A DNA stretch of 64,000 nucleotides from Balanoglossus misakiensis (lineage: Eukaryota; Animalia; Hemichordata). The first letter of the stretch is position 1, and the number at the start of each line of letters is the position of its first letter. The stretch covers positions 11,235,398 to 11,299,397 of the forward strand of contig CM082588.2 of NCBI GenBank assembly GCA_040954595.2, in the 5' to 3' direction. A program made the position numbers and the translations under genes. This document shows positions 38,331 to 49,900 of this stretch, piece by piece. The notes below the pieces were generated by a model. That model saw only the letters and a program-made list of their open reading frames with translations. It made no database searches and was not told the DNA's origin.

Positions 38331-41300
38331 CATCCGACTTCGTTATTAAAAATGGAAAGGTTTGCGATTCGGTTCAAGTAGTATTTGCAAGTTTGAAAGG
38401 AAATATTTCATTGAAGTACAGTGGCAACTACTGCATTATTGAGAATCTTTGAAATGTTGATGAACGGAGACTTATAATAGAATAAATGAAAACCTACCTT
38501 TAACGGTGTTAGGGTTACTACACCTGACAGACCGCTGGTCTGCGTCCGACCGATTCTGAGCTCCTAGCTCTCGTGGAGACATGCGGAGGTACAGCGGGTT
38601 AACGGTTAGGAAGTGTTGATGAAAGGAATGATTAATTACATAGGCCAATCAGGATCCTGGAGTTAGATATTCGAGTGAAATGGTGGAAAAACGGGAATGC
38701 CGATTGGTTCAATTTAACCGGAGGGAAATTGCTACATTATATGACGTCAGTTGCGAACGATAATGCATATATTAAGCTAAGGTTGAATCCGGTTTTTCCA
38801 TCAAGCACAAGCATATTTCAGTCATAAAAAAAACGAAGAGAATAACACTAAAAAAATATTTCCTTTTTAAAAACTTCACTATAGCATTATTATAATGATG
38901 TACGTCGTACATAAAATGATACACGTGACATCGACTTGTTCAGAGTTTTAAAACAGGTAGAGAGTGCCCATGGGTAACCCGAAAACACACAAACCGGGTA
39001 AAAAATGAAAGTCCTGCGAAGGCCAGGAGTATACACTGAAAAATTACAATAAATCTAGTACAAAAGTTTGTATCCTCACGAATAATTAACTCTGATTGCA
39101 TAAGTTTATTTCCGTCTCATTACCTTCTGAAAGCAAATCACTCACTTGCCGGTAAAAGTTGAGTAAAATACTACATCTAAACTGCATAGCGATGGCGGCC
39201 CATAAAAATAATTGCCCAGTGTCCCACTCGCAATGCACAACTTTTTAGGCCAAGTGCTAATGATATTCGAATTTTCGAAGGTTACGCAATATACACATAC
39301 ATGTATAAATATTAATTTATGAACAATTTCCAGTGTTCACGCTGGGATTTCTTTCGTTCTAGTTTACTCGTTATATAATGTACCAATTCCCTCCGGTAAG
39401 TTGAGCCGATTCCCATCACTTTGAGCCAATCGATATTCATGGTTTTTCAGCATTTCAGTCGACTATATTTACACCTGTTGCATGTCTTTGCAGTTTTTGA
39501 CTTGACGCTTACAACCGAGTCGCACCACACGCAGTACTATCTTGTTGTCTTCATGTTTAGTTGTTGTTTTGCGCACACTATTTGCACAAAAATATCTGCT
39601 CGTTTTGTTATCAACGATCGAGTATATGTTAGGAAGTCCGACATAGAGAACTTTGTTCTAAATATTCAATGCCCCACAAATGATATACTAGACTGCTCGA
39701 CACAACACACCCCAGCCATACTCCATTAGTACACGCCACAAACACCGTATTTATACAGCCTGAGGGATTTCAGCTTCGAACTTATTGCCCAATCATATTC
39801 GACTATTTCCAACCAATCCCCTTCTGACTAATTGACCAATCACACGCTTCGAGCATAATTTCCAAAAAAGGGAAAACTAACGAATTTGCTACATCTTTCC
39901 GGTTTCATCTTCAACAGTTTCTAACATTTTTTTGGACCCCCCCCCCCTCGATAAACACCCATACTCAAAGGGTAACTTCATTTAATTGTCAGTAAATAAA
40001 ATCAATTCACAGTCTTATTACATGTACTATTTATAATATACTCAAATTTCCACTACAAAATATCTGTATATGTGCGTTAAATTCTGAAATCTTTCCACCC
40101 AAACCTCTAGTTATGCAAATTTAAATTGCTGTCTGTTGCGTTCGCCTACGGTTTCTCATTTTCGGACATTCGAATCTAACTCCTGATTGGCCTATAAACT
40201 TATTTCTTTCATCAACACTTTCTAACCGTTAACCCGCTGTACCTCCGCATGTCTCCACAAGAGCTAGGAGCTCAGAATCGGATGAACGAGACAAGCGGTC
40301 TCTCACGTTTAGTAACCGTAACACCGTTAAAGGTAGGTTTTCATTGATTCTAATAAGTCTCCGTTCATCAACATTTCAAAAATTCTCCATAACCATCCGA
40401 CTTCGTTATTAAAAATGGAAAGATTTGCGATTTGAGATTCGGTTACCATTTGCAAGTTTGAAAGGAAATATTTCATTGAAGTACAGTGGCAACTACTGCA
40501 TTATTGAGAATCTTTGAAATGTTGATGAACGGAGACTTATAATAGAATAAATGAAAACCTACCTTTAACGGTGTTAGGGTTACTACACCTGACAGACCGC
40601 TGGTCTGCGTCCGACCGATTCTGAGCTCCTAGCTCTTGTGGAGACATGCGGAGGTACAGCGGGTTAACGGTTAGGAAGTGTTGATGAAAGGAATGATTAA
40701 TTACATAGGCCAATCAGGATCCTGGAGTTAGATATTCGAGTGAAATGGTGGAAAAACTGGAATGCCGATTGGTTCAATTTAACCGGAGGGAAATTGCTAC
40801 ATTATATGACGTCAGTTGCGAACGATAATGCATATATTAAGCTAAGGTTGAATCCGGTTTTTCCATCAAGCACAAGCATATTTCAGTCATAAAAAAACGA
40901 AGAGAATAACACTAAAAAAATATTTCCTTTTTAAAAACTTCACTATAGCATTATTATAATGATGTACGTCGTACATAAAATGATACACGTGACATCGACT
41001 TGTTCAGAGTTTTAAAACAGGTAGAGAGTGCCCATGGGTAACCCGAAAACACACAAACCGGGTAAAAAATGAAAGTCCTGCGAAGGCCAGGAGTATACAC
41101 TGAAAAATTACAATAAATCTAGTACAAAAGTTTGTATCCTCACGAATAATTAACTCTGATTGCATAAGTTTATTTCCGTCTCATTACCTTCTGAAAGCAA
41201 ATCACTCACTTGCCGGTAAAAGTTGAGTAAAATACTACATCTAAACTGCATAGCGTTGGCGGCCCATAAAAATAATTGCCCAGTGTCCCACTCGCAATGC

Positions 41301-44300
41301 ACAACTTTTTAGGCCAAGTGCTAATGATATTCGAATTTTCGAAGGTTACGCAATATACACATACATGTATAAATATTAATTTATGAACAATTTCCAGTGT
41401 TCACGCTGGGATTTCTTTCGTTCTAGTTTACTCGTTATATAATGTACCAATTCCCTCCGGTAAGTTGAGCCGATTCCCATCACTTTGAGCCAATCGATAT
41501 TCATGGTTTTTCAGCATTTCAGTCGACTATATTTACACCTGTTGCATGTCTTTGCAGTTTTTGACTTGACGCTTACAACCGAGTCGCACCGCACGCAGTA
41601 CTATCTTGTTGTCTTCATGTTTAGTTGTTGTTTTGCGCACACTATTTGCACAAAAATATCTGCTCGTTTTGTTATCAACGATCGAGTATATGTTAGGAAG
41701 TCCGACATAGAGAACTTTGTTCTAAATATTCAATGCCCCACAAATGATATACTAGACTGCTCGACACAACACACCCCAGCCATACTCCATTAGTACACGC
41801 CACAAACACCGTATTTATACAGCCTGAGGGATTTCAGCTTCGAACTTATTGCCCAATCATATTCGACTATTTCCAACCAATCCCCTTCTGACTAATTGAC
41901 CAATCACACGCTTCGAGCATAATTTCCAAAAAAGGGAAAACTAACGAATTTGCTACATCTTTCCGGTTTCATCTTCAACAGTTTCTAACATTTTTTTGGA
42001 CCCCCCCCCCTCTCGATAAACACCCATACTCAAAGGGTAACTTCATTTAATTGTCAGTAAATAAAATCAATTCACAGTCTTATTACATGTACTATTTATA
42101 ATATACTCAAATTTCCACTACAAAATATCTGTATATGTGCGTTAAATTCTGAAATCTTTCCACCCAAACCTCTAGTTATGCAAATTTAAATTGCTGTCTG
42201 TTGCGTTCGCCTACGGTTTCTCATTTTCGGACATTCGAATCTAACTCCTGATTGGCCTATAAACTTATTTCTTTCATCAACACTTTCTAACCGTTAACCC
42301 GCTGTACCTCCGCATGTCTCCACAAGAGCTAGGAGCTCAGAATCGGATGAACGAGACAAGCGGTCTCTCACGTTTAGTAACCGTAACACCGTTAAAGGTA
42401 GGTTTTCATTGATTCTAATAAGTCTCCGTTCATCAACATTTCAAAAATTCTCCATAACCATCCGACTTCGTTATTAAAAATGGAAAGATTTGCGATTTGA
42501 GATTCGGTTACCATTTGCAAGTTTGAAAGGAAATATTTCATTGAAGTACAGTGGCAACTACTGCATTATTGAGAATCTTTGAAATGTTGATGAACGGAGA
42601 CTTATAATAGAATAAATGAAAACCTACCTTTAACGGTGTTAGGGTTACTACACCTGACAGACCGCTGGTCTGCGTCCGACCGATTCTGAGCTCCTAGCTC
42701 TTGTGGAGACATGCGGAGGTACAGCGGGTTAACGGTTAGGAAGTGTTGATGAAAGGAATGATTAATTACATAGGCCAATCAGGATCCTGGAGTTAGATAT
42801 TCGAGTGAAATGGTGGAAAAACTGGAATGCCGATTGGTTCAATTTAACCGGAGGGAAATTGCTACATTATATGACGTCAGTTGCGAACGATAATGCATAT
42901 ATTAAGCTAAGGTTGAATCCGGTTTTTCCATCAAGCACAAGCATATTTCAGTCATAAAAAAAACGAAGAGAATAACACTAAAAAAATATTTCCTTTTTAA
43001 AAACTTCACTATAGCATTATTATAATGATGTACGTCGTACATAAAATGATACACGTGACATCGACTTGTTCAGAGTTTTAAAACAGGTAGAGAGTGCCCA
43101 TGGGTAACCCGAAAACACACAAACCGGGTAAAAAATGAAAGTCCTGCGAAGGCCAGGAGTATACACTGAAAAATTACAATAAATCTAGTACAAAAGTTTG
43201 TATTCTCACGAATAATTAACTCTGATTGCATAAGTTTATTTCCGTCTCATTACCTTCTGAAAGCAAATCACTCACTTGCCGGTAAACGTTGAGTAAAATA
43301 CTACATCTAAACTGCATAGCGATGGCGGCCCATAAAAATAATTGCCCAGTGTCCCACTCGCAATGCACAACTTTTTAGGCCAAGTGCTAATGATATTCGA
43401 ATTTTCGAAGGTTACGCAATATACACATACATGTATAAATATTAATTTATGAACAATTTCCAGTGTTCACGCTGGGATTTCTTTCGTTCTAGTTTACTCG
43501 TTATATAATGTACCAATTCCCTCCGGTAAGTTGAGCCGATTCCCATCACTTTGAGCCAATCGATATTCATGGTTTTTCAGCATTTCAGTCGACTATATTT
43601 ACACCTGTTGCATGTCTTTGCAGTTTTTGACTTGACGCTTACAACCGAGTCGCACCGCACGCAGTACTATCTTGTTGTCTTCATGTTTAGTTGTTGTTTT
43701 GCGCACACTATTTGCACAAAAATATCTGCTCGTTTTGTTATCAACGATCGAGTATATGTTAGGAAGTCCGACATAGAGAACTTTGTTCTAAATATTCAAT
43801 GCCCCACAAATGATATACTAGACTGCTCGACACAACACACCCCAGCCATACTCCATTAGTACACGCCACAAATACCGTATTTATACAGCCTGAGGGATTT
43901 CAGCTTCGAACTTATTGCCCAATCATATTCGACTATTTCCAACCAATCCCCTTCTGACTAATTGACCAATCACACGCTTCGAGCATAATTTCCAAAAAAG
44001 GGAAAACTAACGAATTTGCTACATCTTTCCGGTTTCATCTTCAACAGTTTCTAACATTTTTTTGGACCCCCCCCCCTCGATAAACACCCATACTCAAAGG
44101 GTAACTTCATTTAATTGTCAGTAAATAAAATCAATTCAGAGTCCTATTACATGTACTATTTATAATATACTCAAATTTCCACTACAAAATATCTGTATAT
44201 GTGCGTTAAATTCTGAAATCTTTCCACCCAAACCTCTAGTTATGCAAATTTAAATTGCTGTCTGTTGCGTTCGCCTACGGTTTCTCATTTTCGGACATTC

Positions 44301-44524
44301 GAATCTAACTCCTGATTGGCCTATAAACTTATTTCTTTCATCAACACTTTCTAACCGTTAACCCGCTGTACCTCCGCATGTCTCCACAAGAGCTAGGAGC
44401 TCAGAATCGGATGAACGAGACAAGCGGTCTCTCACGTTTAGTAACCGTAACACCGTTAAAGGTAGGTTTTCATTGATTCTAATAAGTCTCCGTTCATCAA
44501 CATTTCAAAAATTCTCCATAACCC
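38331..44524. repeat. Near-identical tandem triplication, unit ~2064 bp (starts 38331, 40394, 42459)
   Basis: Each unit runs CATCCGACTTCG...CTCCATAAC; the same 102-codon frame recurs at 39421, 41485 and 43551; few substitutions. Confidence 0.97.
39447..39644 (-). pseudogene. Cryptic C4 zinc-ribbon frame with internal TAG (repeated in units 2 and 3)
   Basis: Manual translation: MSDFLTYTRSLITKRADIFVQIVCAKQQLNMKTTR*YCV(W/R)CDSVVSVKSKTAKTCNRCKYSRLKC*. A minus-strand TATAAATA (~39750) and several CCAAT boxes (39790-39840) lie upstream. Confidence 0.3.
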
Positions 44525-44733
44525 AGTAGTTGCCACTGTGCTTCAATGAAATATTTCCTTTCAAACTTGCAAATGGTAACCGAATCTCAAATCGCAAATC
44601 TTTCCATTTTTAATAACGAAGTCGGATGCCGCAATCACCAACTCACTTTTTTATCGGACTCCATCATTCTAATACTTTACTTCAATGTTCAAAAATTGTG
44701 TAAAACAATATCCACTCTCAATCTATTTTTCAG

Positions 44734-45569
44734 GTTTAACGGCGTTATGGCATCCCCGGCTCCCGGTCCCTCATCCCCAACCAGCCAAGGCGTGGCACTG
44801 AAATTGCGCCTCATGGAGGATGTCGAGATCCGGAATTCCGCCAACGGGAAACTGTTTAGCGTGCCTTGTATGCAGCAGGATGGCAACGTTCTGGAACTTT
44901 TCCACTGGAAGAGATAATACCATTTGCCTCTATGATAGAGCAAAGGTACGTTATAATCGCACCCCGTAACTTATGGGCCTGACTTTTTTTTTGCCGTAGT
45001 CATTTTGGGTATCTTAACCTCCCATCTTCTACATTTTTAGAAATTTACTCTACAAAATTGAATGACCCATTACATTTTAGAGACCTTTCCCGAATTCAAC
45101 CGAAGCCCAATGGGAAGGTCTTCGGATGTAATCCAATATGGCAGCCTCCATGCGATCACGTACATTGAAAATCCATTTATATGATACAACCATGCCTTGT
45201 CAACTCACCTCGGGTCAAAATTACTGCCATCGATTCATCATTTTGCAGTTCAAATTTTAAAAAGCAACTGACAAAAAACAACCACTCTTGCACTATTTCT
45301 CCACAACATTTACTACTCGTAATTATTAACATTCAATGTTTTCCATTTTATTTCCACTACAGTATGAATCAGTGACACATACATCGAATTCTACAAAGAG
45401 ACGTAAACTGACCATAACTGATGGCACAAGAGATGCTGAAGTCAACCTTTGGGGTGAGAAAACAGCGCTGCCACTGGATGTAGGTGCCACAGTTAAACTA
45501 GGCCCATTGGTTATCAACAGATATAAAACATCGTCCACATTAAATACAACAGCGACAACTGAAGTGGAG
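44734..45569 (+). pseudogene. OB-fold (RPA-like ssDNA-binding type) gene exon 1 (44734-44945, ATG 44747) and exon 3 (45363-45569); exon 2 missing
   Basis: TTTTTCAG acceptor, MASPAPGPSSPTSQGVALKLRLMEDVEIRNSANGKLF; exon 3 ag|YESVTHTSNSTKRRKLTITDGTRDAEVNLWGEKTALPLDVGATVKLGPLVINRYKTSSTLNTTATTEVE|gtgag carries the R-x-L-x-I-x-D-x-T...V-x-LWGE pattern of RPA70-type OB folds. Confidence 0.7.
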
Positions 45570-45589
45570 GTGAGACATAAAATACTGTT

Positions 45590-46533
45590 CCTGATGCTCC
45601 GTGAGAACTGTCAAGTAGCCACGGTTCTAGGCGACATAGGATGGATGTCCACGGTACGGGAGGAGGCCATGCATGTATACGGGAAGGAAAAGACCGAAGC
45701 CAACCTGCCCGTACCATCCGACGCAGCCATAAAAACCTGCACACTACCTCGGGAGTTCAATCCAGGCCGCGTACGTGGGGGATTCGTTGGCCATATCTCC
45801 CCGCAAGAGCCCACAAGAACCACCACCGCAGCTGACGACCTGGAGGAAACTTTGAGCATCTTCCGGGATCCGCAGCTGGAAAAACAGGTACTCGGTGGTG
45901 ACAAGGACCAGGCGATGGAGGTGTCGGAAGGGCCACGCGCAAACTGAAGAAACACGCCTTTCAGTGCCACCTTCCAGTTATTTTTACTGAGAAGCCGGTA
46001 GTATTCCGCGAGCAGGACGCGGTGGAGGCGTTAGAGAAACTCACCTATACTGGCTGTGTGGTCCAGGAAATGAAATACCCGACCTGCTAGACTTCTATAT
46101 CCGCAGGGGCGGACCTGGACGGATCCCTACGGAATCCTTTTGTTCACCGGAGTCCATGGTGATGATGAAGCGCCTGTGCGTCTTCCAGGGGTGGGAGGTG
46201 CCGAACAGGTTCCGACTGAGCTCCCCCACCACACCAGCGATTCTCATCCACTGGCGTGTCCTTAGCATACTGCTGAGGTGGGTATCCCAATCACGACAGG
46301 AAGAATTCCGGGAAATCCGACCTCACCGGAAAACATCATCAATCCGGACACAGCAACCAGAGAGGACGGGGGCGGAAGCAGTCGCACAGAATCCATCGAC
46401 GCAGGGGGAGCGAGGACGCGCCAGGGGTTTTTGATGCATTTTTTATCCCCCAAGCGTGCGCGGAGGAGTGCCGAGTGGAAGACGCGCCCACCACCATAGA
46501 TGACCTCACTGACTACGATGTTGGTGTCCCCCC
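45590..46533 (+). other. GC-rich degenerate coding-like fragment of unidentified, probably TE, origin
   Basis: Abrupt rise in GC and CpG after 45590 with overlapping open frames (e.g. RLCVFQGWEVPNRFRLSSPTTPAILIHWRVL); no recognisable domain. Confidence 0.35.
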
Positions 46534-46737
46534 TGTTATGTTTCCATCAACATGGGAATAATAATGCGATCATAAGGTATAACAACAACCTATTTATTGA
46601 TCGGCTGAAAAGACTCAACAATGTGCTTCGCCTTATCTGGGCGGAAGTGACGTCGTACAGCAATTCATAAACAAGTGGAACACCAACAATGCAACACTAG
46701 ATGGCGCTATATTGATCGTAGCTGTCAGAATACTACA
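46534..46737 (-). repeat. 3' LTR
   Basis: TGTTATG...TACTACA; 2 mismatches against the other LTR; minus-strand AATAAA near 46595. Confidence 0.97.
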
Positions 46738-46750
46738 TCCCCTCTTCTTT
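46738..46750 (-). promoter_or_regulatory. Polypurine tract
   Basis: AAAGAAGAGGGGA on the minus strand immediately before the 3' LTR. Confidence 0.9.
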
Positions 46751-46956
46751 AAGATAAATTGTTTCAAAACTCTTTTTGAATACGAATGTCACTGTGAATT
46801 GTCCTGTGCAAACTCTGCATTCATCTTGAATCAGTCTTTGTCAAAATCAAACGCAACGAACATGAAAAATACTCTGGGAAAAATGTGATAAATTTTCCTC
46901 TGTATAACTCAACTTTCTGTGGAACAAATGGCGTATCTCAATATCAGAAAAAGCTA

Positions 46957-49900
46957 TCAATCAGTCACATAATCTTTGTATCGAGACGGCTTTTGTATAT
47001 TTGTTCTGGTTCGTGTTGATCTCAACGATTCTTGGGCTGGTGATGCTGGCGTTGCGGGTTGTTGAGGCGGTGTTCCCTCTGTGACTGCTGGTGCAATATT
47101 GTGTTGATCCATCCCTGTCTGTGCTGGTTTCAGTTCTGCGCTGACTGGTTTCAGGTGGATCCTGTTGCGTCGCATTTGTTTCCCGTTGTCTAACTTCACG
47201 GTGTAGGACCTAGGTGTGTTTGCTGGGGCTACAACTCTCGCTGGACTCCATGTTTTGCTGATTGGGTTTTGTACATGGACTTGTTGACCTGTCAGCAATT
47301 CTGGTAGTTGTCTGGAGTGCTGGTCGTGGCTGGAAGTCTGGGCCTGCTGTTGAGATGTCAGGTATTGACGAACTTCCTCCCCGTTTCTTGCTGGGTGAAT
47401 TTTGGCTGGGAGAGTTGTCTTGTATGCTCTGCTGTTCAGCAACTCAGCTGGTGATGGTATGTTGGACTTCAATGGAGTCGCGCGAAGTGCCAACAATGCT
47501 AGATTCGGATCATCTCCGGACTCTTTGCACTTCATCAGGATGTTCTTCACGGTCTGTACATGTCGCTCGATAAAACCGTGCCCTTTGGGATAGTATGGTG
47601 ATGATGTGACTATCGCAAAACCATACTTCTCAGTTAGGCTGTGGAAGTCTCTAGCTGTAAACTGAGATCCGTTGTCACAAACTAGTTTCTCGGGTATTCC
47701 TTGCTCTGCAAATAGAATTCGGAGGGCTCTCATAATGGTACTGGCTCTGAGGTCTTCAAGTTTCCTAATGAAGGGGAACTTGGAGTAGTAGTCAGCAACT
47801 ATCATGTACCATGTTTGGTTCACGTAGAATAGGTCTGCTCCAATTGTGTGCCACAGTCGTGGTGGAATTTCCATTGGAATCATCGGTTCCTTCTGCTGGG
47901 AATTCTGGAATTTCTGGCACGCGTTGCATCCTGTTACTAGTCTCTCTATATCTTTACAAATTCCAGGCCAGTACACGCTGGATCTGGCTCTCAGCTTGCA
48001 TTTCTCGATCCCCAGGTGACTGCTATGAATGCGTTGTAGCATTTCATCTCTCATTACTGCTGGTATGAGGAGTCGGCTGCCTATCAGGATAATACCATCT
48101 TCGATAGCGATATCGTCTCGAATAGACCAGTAGGGTCGAATATCAGCGTGAATGTCCTTGATGCTATCTGGCCATCCTTTCAGGACTTGCTGGATCAATA
48201 ATTGAAGAATTTCATCTTTGGTAGTTTCTTCTTTGATCTCCATCTGTCTCATTGGTGTGATCTTCACCAGGTGGTGTATCTGGACTTTTATGTCACTGAT
48301 TTCGTTCTGATCTTGTGGTGACAGTCTAGATAGTGCGTCGGCAAGTATCATCTGTTTGCCTGGCTTGTAGTGTATGGTGAAATCATACGGCTGTATGCGC
48401 AACAGCATTCTCTGTAATCGGGGTGGTGCCTTGGTCAAATTCTTCCTCTGAATTTGCTCCAACGGTCGATGATCACTCTCTACTATGAAACTTCTGCCAT
48501 AGAGATATGTGCGAAACTTCTCACATCCGTAGACTACCGCGAGTAGTTCTCTTTCTATATTGGCGTATCGGGTTTCCGCTGGTGTCAGGGCCTTGGACGC
48601 AAATGCTATAGGTCTCTGTTCCTGTATGAGCACCGCTCCGATTCCCTTTCCCGATGCGTCGACTTGTAGAGTGACAGGCTTCTTACGGTCGTAGTAAGCA
48701 AGTGTAGTCTTTGTGCTGATCAGGTCCTTGATCATATTGAAAGACTTTGTGTGTGTCGTAGACCACTCAAACTCAGTGTCGTCTCTGATGAGCTCTCTCA
48801 GTGGTGCTGTGTGTTCAGCTAATCTGGGTATGAATGAACCCATGTAGTTCACCATTCCGAGGAATGTGCGCAGTTCGGTCTTGTCTCTAGGCGGATGCAT
48901 CATCTCTATCGCCTTGACCTTTTCTGGGTTGGGTTTAACTCCGTCTTCTGTGTATAACATGCCAAAGAAACTACATTCTTTTGTCTTGATGTAGCATTTC
49001 TCTTTGTTCAGTTTAATGCCTGCTTTCCTGGTTCGTTCCATGGCTTCGTGTAGATGCAGGTCATGGTGTCGCTCTCCTGATCCTAAGACTTGTATATCGT
49101 CTGCAATGCCGACTGCACCTTCACACTCTCTGTATGTTTCATCAATTTTGAATTGAAACACATCTTGGCTCATCCTTAGCCCAAATGGCATTCGTAGGAA
49201 TCTGTAACGGCCATATGGTGTGTTAAAGGTCGTCAGGAAGGATGATTCTTCATCGATATTTACATTCCAGTATCCGTTCCGCGCGTCTAGCTTGCTGAAA
49301 AGTGTTGCGCCTGCCAACTTTGGGGTAATCTCCTCCAATGTGGGTGTAGGGTAATGATCCCTTTTAATGGCTTTGTTCAAGTCCTTCGGGTCCAGACAAA
49401 TGCGAAGTCTTCCATTGTCTTTCTCCCGGACAACAAGAGAATTGACCCAGTTCGTAGGCTGGTTCACTTTGGCGATGATTTGCTTATCTTCCATCTCCTG
49501 CAGCTCGGTTTTGAGTCTATCCATTAGTTCTAATGGAACTCTGCGGGCAGGGTGTACTACTGGTTGTACTTCTGGATCAAGAGTGATGTGGTATGTGTAG
49601 TTTTCAAAACATCCGACCACGTCGTCAAAGCAATCAGGGTACATCCTCAGCAACTGTTCTTTGTTCTTTATGGGAGGGCGGTCCCCGATGGGTGTATTAC
49701 TGTCTATGTAGTCATCTGCAGGGTTTCTGTTTTTTCCTGCTGGCTTCTGTTCGTTCATCTTTCTCTTTTCCACTTCCACATTTCTTCCAGGCTGTGCTGT
49801 CTTGCACTCTGGGCTCGCCTGCACTTGTATGGCTTCTACTGAACAGTTTATTTGTATCAGGTTTAAGGCTCTGCTTGCCTTTAACCCTAAAATGGCTGGG

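Larger units (their letters stand above)
38216..44743. repeat. Long inverted repeat: arms ~38216-38680 and ~44295-44743
   Basis: GCCGTTAAACCTGAAA...TTTTACACAATTTTTGAACATTGAAGTAAAGTATTAGAATGATGGA is the reverse complement of 44660-44743; similarity continues inward to TAGGCCAATCAGGA. Confidence 0.9.

Noticed and set aside
39537-39539. Programmed read-through of the TAG shared by all three Zn-ribbon frames
   Set aside because: Sharing is explained by triplication after a single nonsense mutation; no read-through signal was recognised.
39421-43859. Three 102-aa plus-strand ORFs as a gene family
   Set aside because: TTG start, no domain; identity only reflects the recent triplication. The antisense frame is the more protein-like one.
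45336-45947. 203-aa ORF as a single real protein
   Set aside because: It reads through the acceptor at 45362 and the donor at 45570 into unrelated GC-rich sequence, so it is chimeric.
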